The translations under genes were made by a program, and so were the position numbers. A stretch of 13,727 nt of DNA from Candidatus Eiseniibacteriota bacterium. GTDB taxonomy: Bacteria > Joyebacterota > Joyebacteria > Joyebacterales > Joyebacteraceae. Shown in pieces: positions 1-8,389 of the stretch. The stretch is taken from NCBI GenBank assembly GCA_043819135.1, contig JBDRFG010000028.1, positions 1-13,727 of the forward strand. Reading direction: 5' to 3'. Each line of letters opens with the position of its first letter. The stretch's first letter is position 1. The notes beneath the pieces are model-generated. The model was not told where the DNA came from and did not search any database. It saw nothing but the letters and a program-made list of their open reading frames with translations.

Positions 1-1
1 G

Positions 2-325
2 CTGTGTGAGGCTGCGTGTCCCCAGAAAGCCATCAAGAGACGGGACGACGGGTTGGTCATCAGGAGCACCGTGCTGTGCAGCGGCTGCACGTCGTGCGCG
101 CAGGCGTGCCCGTTCGGTGCGATCGATCTGGAACGAACACGCCATCACATGCCGAAGTGCGACCTGTGCGATTGGCGCACCCTCGACGGCAAGGAGACGA
201 TGTGTGCTGCGACGTGCGTCTCGGGCGCAAGAACGTTCGAGGACGTCAGCGACATCGAGGCTCAGCGAGGAACGCCGATGAGGGGCAGCCGCGCTGTCGC
301 CAAGACGTGGCGGGGGAAGCGGTAG
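2..325 (+). CDS. 4Fe-4S dicluster electron-transfer protein (HycB/HyfA/CooF/DmsB-like), 5'-truncated by the window edge
   Basis: Frame +2 is open from base 2: LCEAACPQKAIKRRDDGLVIRSTVLCSGCTSCAQACPFGAI...KCDLC...MCAATCVSGA. This Cys pattern is typical of the DmsB/HycB family. TAG stop at 323-325. Confidence 0.85.
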   Translation: MCEAACPQKAIKRRDDGLVIRSTVLCSGCTSCAQACPFGAIDLERTRHHMPKCDLCDWRTLDGKETMCAATCVSGARTFEDVSDIEAQRGTPMRGSRAVAKTWRGKR

Positions 326-384
326 CAATAACAAGAATCTCACGCGATCATCTGTATGTTGGCAAAGCGAGAGAGGTAGCTTAA

Positions 385-1323
385 ATGGCATCAACACTTG
401 ACTTGGTTCTGAATTATCTCATCTTCCCCGGCCTTCTTTTCACTGCGGTCATCGGACTGCTCACGCAGTGGGTCGACAGGAAGGTGAGCGCCAGAGTCCA
501 GTGGAGGGTTGGCCCGCCCTGGTTCCAGCCGTTCGCGGACATTCTCAAGCTCCTCGGAAAAGAGATAATCATACCCGAGGGAGCCAGGCGCACGGGATTC
601 CTGCTGGCCCCGCTGGCCGGTCTTGCGGCGGTCGGGGTGGTGTCGACGATGCTGTGGCTGGCCAACATCCGCGGGGCCGGGTTCGTAGGGGACCTGATCG
701 GCGTCATCTATCTGCTGACGATACCCTCGCTGGGCATGATCATCGGCGCGTCCGCGTCGAGCAATCCGCTAGCGAGCGTCGGGGCCAGCCGGGAAATGAA
801 GCTGGTGCTCGCCTACGAACTCCCGTTCGTCATCGCCATCTTCACGGCCGTGACCAAGGTCTCTCCGATGACGCTCAGGCTGGACGGGATCCTCGACTAT
901 CAGGCCGCGAACGGCGTTCTTCTAGGGAACGCCTCCTGCATCATCGCGTTCATCGTCGCCATCCTCTGCGCGCAGGCGAAGCTCACATATCCGCCGTTCG
1001 ACATTCCGGAGGCGGAGACCGAGTTGATGGACGGAACGCACATGGAGTACTCGGGCGCGGCGCTGGCCGTTGTCAAGCTCTCCCAGGCCATGATGCTCTT
1101 CACGCTCCCGATCTTCTTCATCACCATTTTCTGGGGCGGGCTCGTTCTGACGGGCTGGGGGATCCTCTACACCATCGTCAAGTACGTGATCATCGTCACG
1201 GTAATCGTTCTCATAAAGAACACGAATCCGAGGGTGAGGATCGACCAGGCAGTCCGGTTCTTCTGGGGCCCGGTCACGGTCCTCGCGATCATCGGCATGG
1301 TGCTCGCGATAGTGGGTCTCTAG
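385..1323 (+). CDS. Membrane subunit of energy-converting hydrogenase, NuoH/HycD/MbhM family
   Basis: Motifs DRKVSARVQWRVGPP, QPFADILKLLGKE, GASRE, PFDIPEAETEL..G...EYSG and NPRVRIDQ. About 8 hydrophobic segments. GAGGT SD precedes the ATG. Confidence 0.93.
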   Translation: MASTLDLVLNYLIFPGLLFTAVIGLLTQWVDRKVSARVQWRVGPPWFQPFADILKLLGKEIIIPEGARRTGFLLAPLAGLAAVGVVSTMLWLANIRGAGFVGDLIGVIYLLTIPSLGMIIGASASSNPLASVGASREMKLVLAYELPFVIAIFTAVTKVSPMTLRLDGILDYQAANGVLLGNASCIIAFIVAILCAQAKLTYPPFDIPEAETELMDGTHMEYSGAALAVVKLSQAMMLFTLPIFFITIFWGGLVLTGWGILYTIVKYVIIVTVIVLIKNTNPRVRIDQAVRFFWGPVTVLAIIGMVLAIVGL

Positions 1324-1363
1324 GGGACGCGGGCGTCACAAGCTCGAGACGGAGCGCAACTAC

Positions 1364-1777
1364 ATGGGTGCAACCAGCTGGGGATTCAAGAAGTCGCTGT
1401 GGGTCTTCCACCTGAACGCCGGGGCCTGCAATAACTGTGATATCGAGGTACTTGATTGCCTCACCCCGCGGTTCGACGTGGAACGCTTCGGCATCAAGCT
1501 CGTCGGCAGCGTCAAGCACGCGGACGTGCTCCTGGTCTCAGGGAGCGTCCCGAGGAAGGTGTTGCCACAGATGATCGAGACATACGAGCAGGCGCCGAAG
1601 CCCGTGGCCGTCGTTGCACTGGGGGCGTGTGGCTGCACGGGGGGGATATTCAGGGACGGCTACAACTTCGCTGGACCGGTCGACAAGCACATTCCCGTCG
1701 ACGCGTACATTCCCGGGTGTCCGCCTCGTCCCGAGGCGATCATCGACGGGATCGTGAAGCTCATGGGGAAGCTTTAG
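1364..1777 (+). CDS. Group 4 [NiFe]-hydrogenase small subunit (HycG/MbhJ/EchC/NuoB family)
   Basis: GACNNCDIE (CxxC as in hydrogenases, not the tandem CC of NuoB), ALGACG and IPGCPPRPE supply four ligands for the proximal 4Fe-4S cluster. GGAG SD upstream. Confidence 0.93.
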   Translation: MGATSWGFKKSLWVFHLNAGACNNCDIEVLDCLTPRFDVERFGIKLVGSVKHADVLLVSGSVPRKVLPQMIETYEQAPKPVAVVALGACGCTGGIFRDGYNFAGPVDKHIPVDAYIPGCPPRPEAIIDGIVKLMGKL

Positions 1778-1847
1778 ACCTTAGACCGACTTCGAGGTGA
1801 CCGTGGGGCGGGCGCTTGAGCCCGAACACCCGGGAAGTGGAGAGACA

Positions 1848-2276
1848 ATGAGCAAGCAGGTGCTTACGAATCTTAAGACCAAATTCGGCGACCGTGTCGA
1901 AATCTACGAGCACAACGACCGCCGGGCGTACGTAACGGTCAGCAATAAGGACTGGATGGAGGTCCTCCGCTACATGTACGAGGTGGAGGGGGGAAGGCTG
2001 ACCACTGCGACGGGAAGCGACAGGCCGACCGGGGTCGAGCTGCTGTACCACTTCGCGATCGACAGAGACGCGATCGTGGTCAACATCAGAACGACGCTCA
2101 AGAAGCCGTTCCCGAAGATCGCGTCACTGACGCCTCACTACTCCGCCGCCGATTTCATCGAGAGAGAGATCTTTGATTTCCTCGGAGTGGAGTTCGAAGG
2201 ACACCCCGACCCGAGGAAGATCCTCTCCTCACACGACAGACCCGCGGATTTCCACCCAATGAGGAGAGACGAATAG
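1848..2276 (+). CDS. NuoC/MbhK-like (30 kDa subunit domain) hydrogenase subunit
   Basis: ELLYHF, ADFIEREIFDFLGVEFEGHPDPRKIL and HPMRRD motifs. Start placed at ATG 1848 (GGAGAG SD upstream) rather than the track's GTG at 1797. Confidence 0.88.
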   Translation: MSKQVLTNLKTKFGDRVEIYEHNDRRAYVTVSNKDWMEVLRYMYEVEGGRLTTATGSDRPTGVELLYHFAIDRDAIVVNIRTTLKKPFPKIASLTPHYSAADFIEREIFDFLGVEFEGHPDPRKILSSHDRPADFHPMRRDE

Positions 2277-3449
2277 ATGAGCACGATAATACCCATTGGC
2301 CCCTTCCACCCCGTGCTCGAGGAGCCGGAGTACATACAGCTGTACGTGGACGGGGAGATCGTGGAAAGGGCCGACATCGATCTGGGACGCATCCATCGGG
2401 GGATGGAGCTTCTCGCGGAGGAGAAGACGTTCGACCAGGACATCTTCCTCGTCGAGCGCATCTGCGGCATCTGCTCGGCGTCGCACAGCTGGGCCGGCAG
2501 CCTGGCGATGGAGGACATCGTAGGCGTGACGCCGCCTGACCGGGCGCGCTACCTCCGGACGATCGTGCACGAGCTCGAGAGGCTTCACAGCCACATGCTC
2601 TGGGTCGGGTTGGGTGGTCACATTCTTGGATACTGGACGGTCTTCATGTGGGGCTGGAAGTACCGCGAGCCCATTCTCGACGCGCTCGAGATGATCACGG
2701 GTAACAGGCAGAACTACGCCTGGTACAGGGCCGGCGGCGTCCGCAGGGACGTGGCCGACGAGATCTGGCCGGAAGTCGTCAAGATCATCGACGAGTTCGA
2801 CGAGAAGGTCGATCTTCTGACTGGTGCGATCCTCGATGACCCGGTCATTCAGGGCAGGCTCAAGGGCGTGGGCATCCTCAGCAAGGAAGACGCGATCCAC
2901 TACGGCTGTCTCGGCCCGACGGCGCGCGGCTCCGGCGTAGACATCGACGTGAGACGAGACGACCCGTATGGAGCATACTCCGAGGTCGACTGGAACGTGA
3001 TCGTTCAGCCCGACGGAGATTGCCTGGCCGTCGCCGTCGTCAGGCTTCTGGAAATGAAAGAATCGTGCAAGATCATCAAGCAGTGCATCGCGAAGCTGCC
3101 GGGCGGGCCCATCGCCACCGAGATACGGGACTTCGGACGAGGCGAGGGTATCGGGCACGTGGAGGCGCCGCGCGGCGAGAGCTTCCACTTCATTCGCAGC
3201 AACGGCACGAACATGCCGGAGCGGCACAAGATGCGCGCCCCGACATTCCTTAACATCCCGTCGTTCAGACCCCGGGTCAAGGGCGAGACGATCTCGGACG
3301 CGGTGCTCATCTTCGCGATCATTGACCCGTGCTACAGCTGCACGGAGCGCATGGCCATTCTGGATCCCGGCGGCCGACCTTGCATGACCGGCAAGGATCT
3401 GATCAAGTTGAGTCACGAGAAGACGGAGCAGCTCAGAAGGGAATCCTAG
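2277..3449 (+). CDS. Group 4 [NiFe]-hydrogenase catalytic large subunit (HycE C-terminal part/MbhL family)
   Basis: N-terminal GPFHPVLEEP. L1 motif ERICGICSASH (Cys at 2463 and 2472). ELERLHSH, GPTARGSG and VEAPRGE motifs. L2 motif DPCYSCTER (Cys at 3330 and 3339) followed by a 32-aa extension. GAGGAG SD at 2261-2266. Confidence 0.95.
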   Translation: MSTIIPIGPFHPVLEEPEYIQLYVDGEIVERADIDLGRIHRGMELLAEEKTFDQDIFLVERICGICSASHSWAGSLAMEDIVGVTPPDRARYLRTIVHELERLHSHMLWVGLGGHILGYWTVFMWGWKYREPILDALEMITGNRQNYAWYRAGGVRRDVADEIWPEVVKIIDEFDEKVDLLTGAILDDPVIQGRLKGVGILSKEDAIHYGCLGPTARGSGVDIDVRRDDPYGAYSEVDWNVIVQPDGDCLAVAVVRLLEMKESCKIIKQCIAKLPGGPIATEIRDFGRGEGIGHVEAPRGESFHFIRSNGTNMPERHKMRAPTFLNIPSFRPRVKGETISDAVLIFAIIDPCYSCTERMAILDPGGRPCMTGKDLIKLSHEKTEQLRRES

Positions 3450-3467
3450 AGGTCCGGGGGTAAGTTG

Positions 3468-5360
3468 ATGCAACAGATACTCGTTCCCATTGTCGTCCCG
3501 GCTATCGCCGGCGGCCTGTGTCTCCTGATACCGAGACGAGTGAAGGTCGTCAGGGAAGTGCTCACTCTGGCGGGTCTGGTCTGGGCATTTGTGGCCGCGA
3601 TACAGCTGTTCGGCCGGTGGCCTTTGTCCTTCACCAGGGATTGGGTGGTGCTGGGGGACCTGTCGGTCCAGTTCGACCTTCTTCTGAACCACTTCAGCGC
3701 ATTCGTCGTGGTGTTCGTGGTCCTGTTTGGGCTGGCCATCGCGCTCTATTCGACGTCCTGGCTCTCGAAGGAGCACGACGGCAGGCGCTACTACACCCTC
3801 CTGCTGTGGACTGTGGCAGCGAGCGCGGGAGCCGTACTCTCCAACAGCCTGCTCCTCCTGCTCATCTTCTGGGAGGCTCTGACGGCGGTCCTGTTCTTCT
3901 TCGTCAACATGGGGAGAAGAGAACAGGAGGCGTCAGACGGCGCCGCCAAGAGCTTTGTCATGTTGGGGCTCTCCGACGCCGCGCTGTTCCTTGCGGTCGC
4001 GCTGATATGGGTGCGTTTCGGCACGCTGTCGATGAGTGAGCTCTCCATCTTCGTCGGCGACGGCGCGACGACCACCATCTACATTCTGATGATGATCGGC
4101 GCAATCACCAAGGCCGGCGCGATGCCGTTCCACACCTGGATTCCGGCCGCCGCGAAGGGCGCGCCGACGACGGTGATGGCGCTCCTGCCCGCGTCCATCG
4201 ACAAGTTACTCGGCATTTACCTTCTGGCTCGAATCAGCCTCGACATATTCAACATCGGACCGGCCATGCAACTGGTCCTCATGTCGATCGGAGCGGTGAC
4301 CATCATCGGCGCGGTCCTCATGGCGCTCATCCAGCACGACCTGAAGGTGCTCCTGTCGTATCACGCCATCAGCCAGGTTGGCTACATGGTGTTGGGCATA
4401 GGAACCGGGATTCCCGTGGGTATCGCGGGCGGCATCTTCCATATGCTGAACCACGCCATCTACAAGGCATGCCTGTTCCTCACCGCGGGATCGATCGAGA
4501 AACAGACGGGCACGACCGAACTCTCGAAGCTCGGCGGCCTCGCCCGCGCGATGCCGATAACGTTCGCCGCCTGTGCGGTCGCCGCGTTCGCCATTTCGGG
4601 CATCCCGCCGTTCAACGGGTTCGTCTCGAAGTGGATGATCTACTCTGGCCTCGTCGAGCTGGGAGCCAGGGGATTCAGCGCCTACTGGATCTTCCTCGTG
4701 GCCGCACTCTTCGGCAGCGCCCTTACACTGGCCAGCTTCGTCAAGGTGCTCTACTCGGGCTTCCTCGGCCAGCGCCCGAGCAACCTCGCGAAGGTTCGTG
4801 AGGCGCCATGGCCTATGACGGTGCCGATGATCGTTCTCGCGGCCCTCTGCGTCATCTTCGGCGTGTGGGCCAAGTTCCCCATCGACACGTTCATCAACCC
4901 GATCGTTCATGGAACCGTCGGGACCGCGGCTTCGGGAGCGCTCGACTTCTCCGTGGGGTTCTGGGACCCCGGTGTGGCCACGGGGCTCATCATCCTGGGC
5001 ATCCTGGTCGGGTTGGGCGTCTTCGGCATCGGCAAGCTGACCACGCGTCGTGTGGGACACATTTTCATCGGTGGGATGAAGCCACCGGACGCACTGGACG
5101 CCATGCACGTGTCGGGTACCGGCTTCTACAACACTATCAAGGAGACGAAGGGACTGAAGGGCGTCTTCGCGAACGCCGAGCAGAACATCTTCGACGTCTA
5201 CGAGATCGGCGGGCGTATCGGCAATGTGTTCGTCCAGGGCCTGAGGTCGATGCACAACGGAGTGCTTTCTACCTATCTGGCCTGGTCGGTCATCGGCCTC
5301 GGGGCGATCGTTTTTGCGCTTCTAAGCGCGCTCCTTAGACAGCTCGCAGGCGGACGCTAG
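3468..5360 (+). CDS. Antiporter-like proton-translocating subunit (HyfB/NuoL/MrpA-N family) with an MbhI-like C-terminal extension
   Basis: Many TM segments. Conserved FWE (TM5 Glu), KAGAMPFHTW (TM7 Lys), Q.DLK.LLSYH.ISQVGY, FHMLNHAIYKACLF, GIPPFNGFVSKW, and C-terminal HNGVLSTY plus a final TM. ATG 3468 or TTG 3465 start. Confidence 0.9.
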   Translation: MQQILVPIVVPAIAGGLCLLIPRRVKVVREVLTLAGLVWAFVAAIQLFGRWPLSFTRDWVVLGDLSVQFDLLLNHFSAFVVVFVVLFGLAIALYSTSWLSKEHDGRRYYTLLLWTVAASAGAVLSNSLLLLLIFWEALTAVLFFFVNMGRREQEASDGAAKSFVMLGLSDAALFLAVALIWVRFGTLSMSELSIFVGDGATTTIYILMMIGAITKAGAMPFHTWIPAAAKGAPTTVMALLPASIDKLLGIYLLARISLDIFNIGPAMQLVLMSIGAVTIIGAVLMALIQHDLKVLLSYHAISQVGYMVLGIGTGIPVGIAGGIFHMLNHAIYKACLFLTAGSIEKQTGTTELSKLGGLARAMPITFAACAVAAFAISGIPPFNGFVSKWMIYSGLVELGARGFSAYWIFLVAALFGSALTLASFVKVLYSGFLGQRPSNLAKVREAPWPMTVPMIVLAALCVIFGVWAKFPIDTFINPIVHGTVGTAASGALDFSVGFWDPGVATGLIILGILVGLGVFGIGKLTTRRVGHIFIGGMKPPDALDAMHVSGTGFYNTIKETKGLKGVFANAEQNIFDVYEIGGRIGNVFVQGLRSMHNGVLSTYLAWSVIGLGAIVFALLSALLRQLAGGR

Positions 5361-5480
5361 GAGAAAAGGTCTCACCCGGGCGGGAGCCTCAAGAGAGCCT
5401 CACCCCCGTCGGGCTGCTGGAGTTTCGCTTCAACTGATTCGGTCCGGAGGTCAGGTCAAGGACAGGCGGGAGACGAGTTA

Positions 5481-6038
5481 ATGGAAAACATTGCTCCACA
5501 GCTCTACACGCTTCTCGTCTTCATGGTGATCGGGTCAATCGTCGCCGTGGAGACGAAGAACCTGCTGTCCGCCGTGATCTCGGTCAGTGCGGTCGGGTTC
5601 GCGCTGTCCGTCGCGTTCCTGTTCATGGGCGCGCCCGACATCGCGATCACACAGCTGGTGGTCGAGATTCTCGTTCTCATTATTCTGATCCGGGGAACGA
5701 TCCTCCTCGACAACACGGCCGTGGAATCGCACCGGGACACTCTGGCGGTGGTTGCTTCGCTCATCTTCTTCGGATTGCTCCTGGGTTTCGGGGCGATGAT
5801 CTTTGGGAGCGCGGGCTTCCCTGAGTTCGGTGAGCCGTTGATGCGGGTGTCGAGGGTCTACGTTCAGACGGGGCTCCCGGCGACCCACGCCGCCAACATC
5901 GTGACGTCGATCATTCTCGACTTCAGGGCCTACGACACACTGGGCGAGGCGACGGTCCTCTTCGCGTCGGTTTTGGGAGCGCTGGCGCTTCTCAGAAAAG
6001 ACGGCAAGGTGAAGGGGGAGGAGGTGGCAGCCGCATGA
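5481..6038 (+). CDS. MrpA C-terminal domain subunit (DUF4040 plus MbhE-like; fused MbhD/MbhE equivalent)
   Basis: APDIAITQLVVE (DUF4040/MbhD) and NIVTSIILDFRAYDTLGE (MbhE / MrpA C-terminus). ATGA overlap with the next gene. Confidence 0.88.
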   Translation: MENIAPQLYTLLVFMVIGSIVAVETKNLLSAVISVSAVGFALSVAFLFMGAPDIAITQLVVEILVLIILIRGTILLDNTAVESHRDTLAVVASLIFFGLLLGFGAMIFGSAGFPEFGEPLMRVSRVYVQTGLPATHAANIVTSIILDFRAYDTLGEATVLFASVLGALALLRKDGKVKGEEVAAA

Positions 6039-6490
6039 AAGGTATGACGCTGATAGTCAAGACCATCACCGACTTCGTTGCCGCGTTCATCGTGGTGTTC
6101 GGCGCATACATTGTGCTCTACGGGCACCTGACACCCGGCGGCGGCTTCGCGGGAGGCGTCATCATAGCCTGCGCGTTCATCCTGGTGTTTCTGGCGCACG
6201 GGCAGGAGCAGGCCTTCGCCAGGCTGCCGGAGAAGGCGGCACACGTGCTGGACTCCGGCGGCGCGCTTGCGTTCCTCCTTATCGGTTGGGTGGGGGTGAC
6301 GGGCGGGTTCTTCTTTCTGAATGTCTTCGGTAGGGGAGAGATGTTCCGGCTCTTGAGTTCCGGGATGATACTCCCGCTGAATATCGCGATCGCCTTCAAG
6401 GTCGGCAGCTCACTCTTCCTCGTGTTCGCCGCACTCGCGATGTTCCGCCGCCGGTCGTTCAGAGCGATGATCGAGGAGGAACTGTCATGA
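6035..6490 (+). CDS. mrpB: Na+/H+ antiporter subunit B (MrpB/MnhB/MbhF)
   Basis: GHLTPGGGFAGG signature and SGMILPLNIAIAFKV. Four TM segments. ATGA coupling on both sides. Confidence 0.9.
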   Translation: MKGMTLIVKTITDFVAAFIVVFGAYIVLYGHLTPGGGFAGGVIIACAFILVFLAHGQEQAFARLPEKAAHVLDSGGALAFLLIGWVGVTGGFFFLNVFGRGEMFRLLSSGMILPLNIAIAFKVGSSLFLVFAALAMFRRRSFRAMIEEELS

Positions 6491-6834
6491 CAGTCTATTT
6501 CCTGTGCGCGGTCCTTCTGGTGTTGGGGCTCTACTGCCTGGTCGCGAAGAAGAACATCGTCAAGAAGATCATCGGTGTGGTCATCATGGACTACGCCGTG
6601 AACCTGTATCTCATCGTCATCGGCTACAAGAACGGCGGAGTGGCGCCCATCATCGAGAAGACCACGTCGGCCGCGATGCTGGAGAGATTTGTGGACCCGC
6701 TGCCTCAGGCGCTCGTTCTCACATCGATCGTCATTGGCCTCGGAGTCCTGGCCCTCATGGTGTCCATGGTCATCCGGTTGTACGAGAAGCACGGAACATT
6801 TGACATGTCACAGATCAGCAAGCTGAGGGGATAG
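6487..6834 (+). CDS. mrpC: Na+/H+ antiporter subunit C (MrpC/MnhC/MbhG)
   Basis: KKNIVKKIIG and DPLPQALVLTSIVIG signature. Three TM segments. Confidence 0.93.
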   Translation: MTVYFLCAVLLVLGLYCLVAKKNIVKKIIGVVIMDYAVNLYLIVIGYKNGGVAPIIEKTTSAAMLERFVDPLPQALVLTSIVIGLGVLALMVSMVIRLYEKHGTFDMSQISKLRG

Positions 6835-6837
6835 CCA

Positions 6838-8373
6838 ATGAACCCAGTACCTCTCTATGTCGCGATCCCGCTTCTGGCGGCGTTCCTGATCCCCCTTCTG
6901 GGCATGTGGTGGAAGAAGAGCGGAGAGGCTCTCGCAACGCTCTCCACTCTGGCGCTCGCGGTGATGGCGATCCTCGCCGTCGGGACACCCGCGGTGGTTC
7001 ACTACATGGGAGGGTGGACGGCGCCCCTGGGGATAGCGCTCGTGAGCGACGGCCTGACCGTCCTCCTGTTGATTGCCATCAACGTCATTGCGTTCCTCTG
7101 CACCGTCTTCTCGCTCAAGTACATGACGGCGTACACGGGGCTTCCGAAGTACTACAGCCTCTTCATGTTGATGGTCGCCGGGATGAATGGTGTGGTGGTG
7201 TCGGGCGACCTCTTCAATCTGTTCGTGTTCCTGGAGATAGCGTCGGTTGCGTCGTACGCGCTCGTCGCGTTCGGCGTCGAGGCCGACGAACTCGAGGCCG
7301 GGTTCAAGTACATGATCCTCGGCAGCGTCGCCTCGGTCATGATCCTCTTCGCGGTGGGTACGGTCTACGCGGTCACCGGCACGCTCAACATGGCGGACGC
7401 TGCAAGGGAGATCGCGACGAGGTTCGGCGGGAGCGAGATGAACCCCGCGCTCCTTCTCGCGGCGGCCTTCTTCCTGATGGGCTTCGGCCTCAAGGCGGCA
7501 TTGGTTCCCTTCCACGCGTGGCTGCCCGACGCACACCCGTCCGCGCCCGCTCCCATCTCGGCGATGCTGTCGGGCGTCGTCATCAAGAGCCTGGGCGTCT
7601 ACGCAATGTGCAGGGTGATGTTCCACGTGTTCGGGTTCGCCTCGGCCTCCGCGAGTTCCGCGATCATCGCGAGCGCAATGATCTGGCTCTCGATGCTCTC
7701 GATCGTGATCGGCGGGTTGATGGCGATCGGTCAATGGGACTTCAAGCGCCTGCTGGCCTACAGTTCGATCGGGCAGATCGGCTACGTGATGCTGGGCATC
7801 GGCGTTGGTGCTCACGTCCTCGCAACCGGCGGGACCAGGACGCTCGCGGGGCTCGCCATTCTCGGCGGTCTTTTCCATCTCATCAATCACGCGGCCTTCA
7901 AGTCGCTCCTGTTCCTGTCGTCCGGGGCGATCCAGCACGCCACCGGCACGCGCGACATGAAGATGCTGTCCGGTCTCGGGAAGCGCATGCCGATCACGGC
8001 GGCGACGACGAACATCGCCGCGCTGTCGATCGCCGGCGTGCCGCCGTTCAGCGGCTTCTGGAGCAAGCTCATCATCATCGTCGCGACCCTCAAGGCCGGC
8101 CACCCGGCCATGGCCTCCGTCGCTATCGCAATGGCGTTCGTAACGCTCGCCTACTACGTGAAGGTCCAGCGGGAGATGATCTTTGGCCCGGTGCGCGGCT
8201 GCGCCGAGAAGGCGAAAGAGGTTTCGGCGCTGATGTATGTGCCTCTGATCATTCTCGCGATCGCATGTGTCGGGTTCGGGCTACTGTACCCCGTGTGGGG
8301 TAGCCACATTCTGGAACCCGCCAGGGACGCTCTCTTGAACGGCGCCGAGTATATCAAGCTCGTCCTCGGGTAG
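6838..8373 (+). CDS. mrpD: Na+/H+ antiporter subunit D (MrpD/MnhD/MbhH)
   Basis: GGWTAPLGI.L..D, DLFNLFVFLEI, EAGFKY, GTLNMAD, KAALVPFHAWLPDAH..AP, SGVVIK, DFKRLLAYSS, NHAAFKSLLF and GVPPFSGFWSK motifs. Confidence 0.93.
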   Translation: MNPVPLYVAIPLLAAFLIPLLGMWWKKSGEALATLSTLALAVMAILAVGTPAVVHYMGGWTAPLGIALVSDGLTVLLLIAINVIAFLCTVFSLKYMTAYTGLPKYYSLFMLMVAGMNGVVVSGDLFNLFVFLEIASVASYALVAFGVEADELEAGFKYMILGSVASVMILFAVGTVYAVTGTLNMADAAREIATRFGGSEMNPALLLAAAFFLMGFGLKAALVPFHAWLPDAHPSAPAPISAMLSGVVIKSLGVYAMCRVMFHVFGFASASASSAIIASAMIWLSMLSIVIGGLMAIGQWDFKRLLAYSSIGQIGYVMLGIGVGAHVLATGGTRTLAGLAILGGLFHLINHAAFKSLLFLSSGAIQHATGTRDMKMLSGLGKRMPITAATTNIAALSIAGVPPFSGFWSKLIIIVATLKAGHPAMASVAIAMAFVTLAYYVKVQREMIFGPVRGCAEKAKEVSALMYVPLIILAIACVGFGLLYPVWGSHILEPARDALLNGAEYIKLVLG

Positions 8374-8389
8374 GGGGTAAGGAGCACCG

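Noticed and set aside
1774..1787. Tandem TTAGACC duplication at the small-subunit stop
   Set aside because: Only two 7-nt copies, with no element or array associated; most likely slippage or chance.
2274..2276. Pyrrolysine insertion at the in-frame TAG
   Set aside because: TAG is the normal stop for most genes here, no pyl genes are visible, and the downstream gene has its own SD.
2229..3776. 515-aa minus-strand ORF, plus other long antisense ORFs (4206-5255, 6808-8103, 11948-12880, 13094-13708)
   Set aside because: They lie exactly opposite well-supported genes and have no recognisable motifs. Such shadow ORFs are expected from GC-rich codon bias.
6906..8303. 465-aa alternate-frame plus-strand ORF, and 468-1415
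   Set aside because: Arg/Gly/Pro-rich off-frame translations nested within mrpD and the nuoH-like gene; a GC-content artefact.
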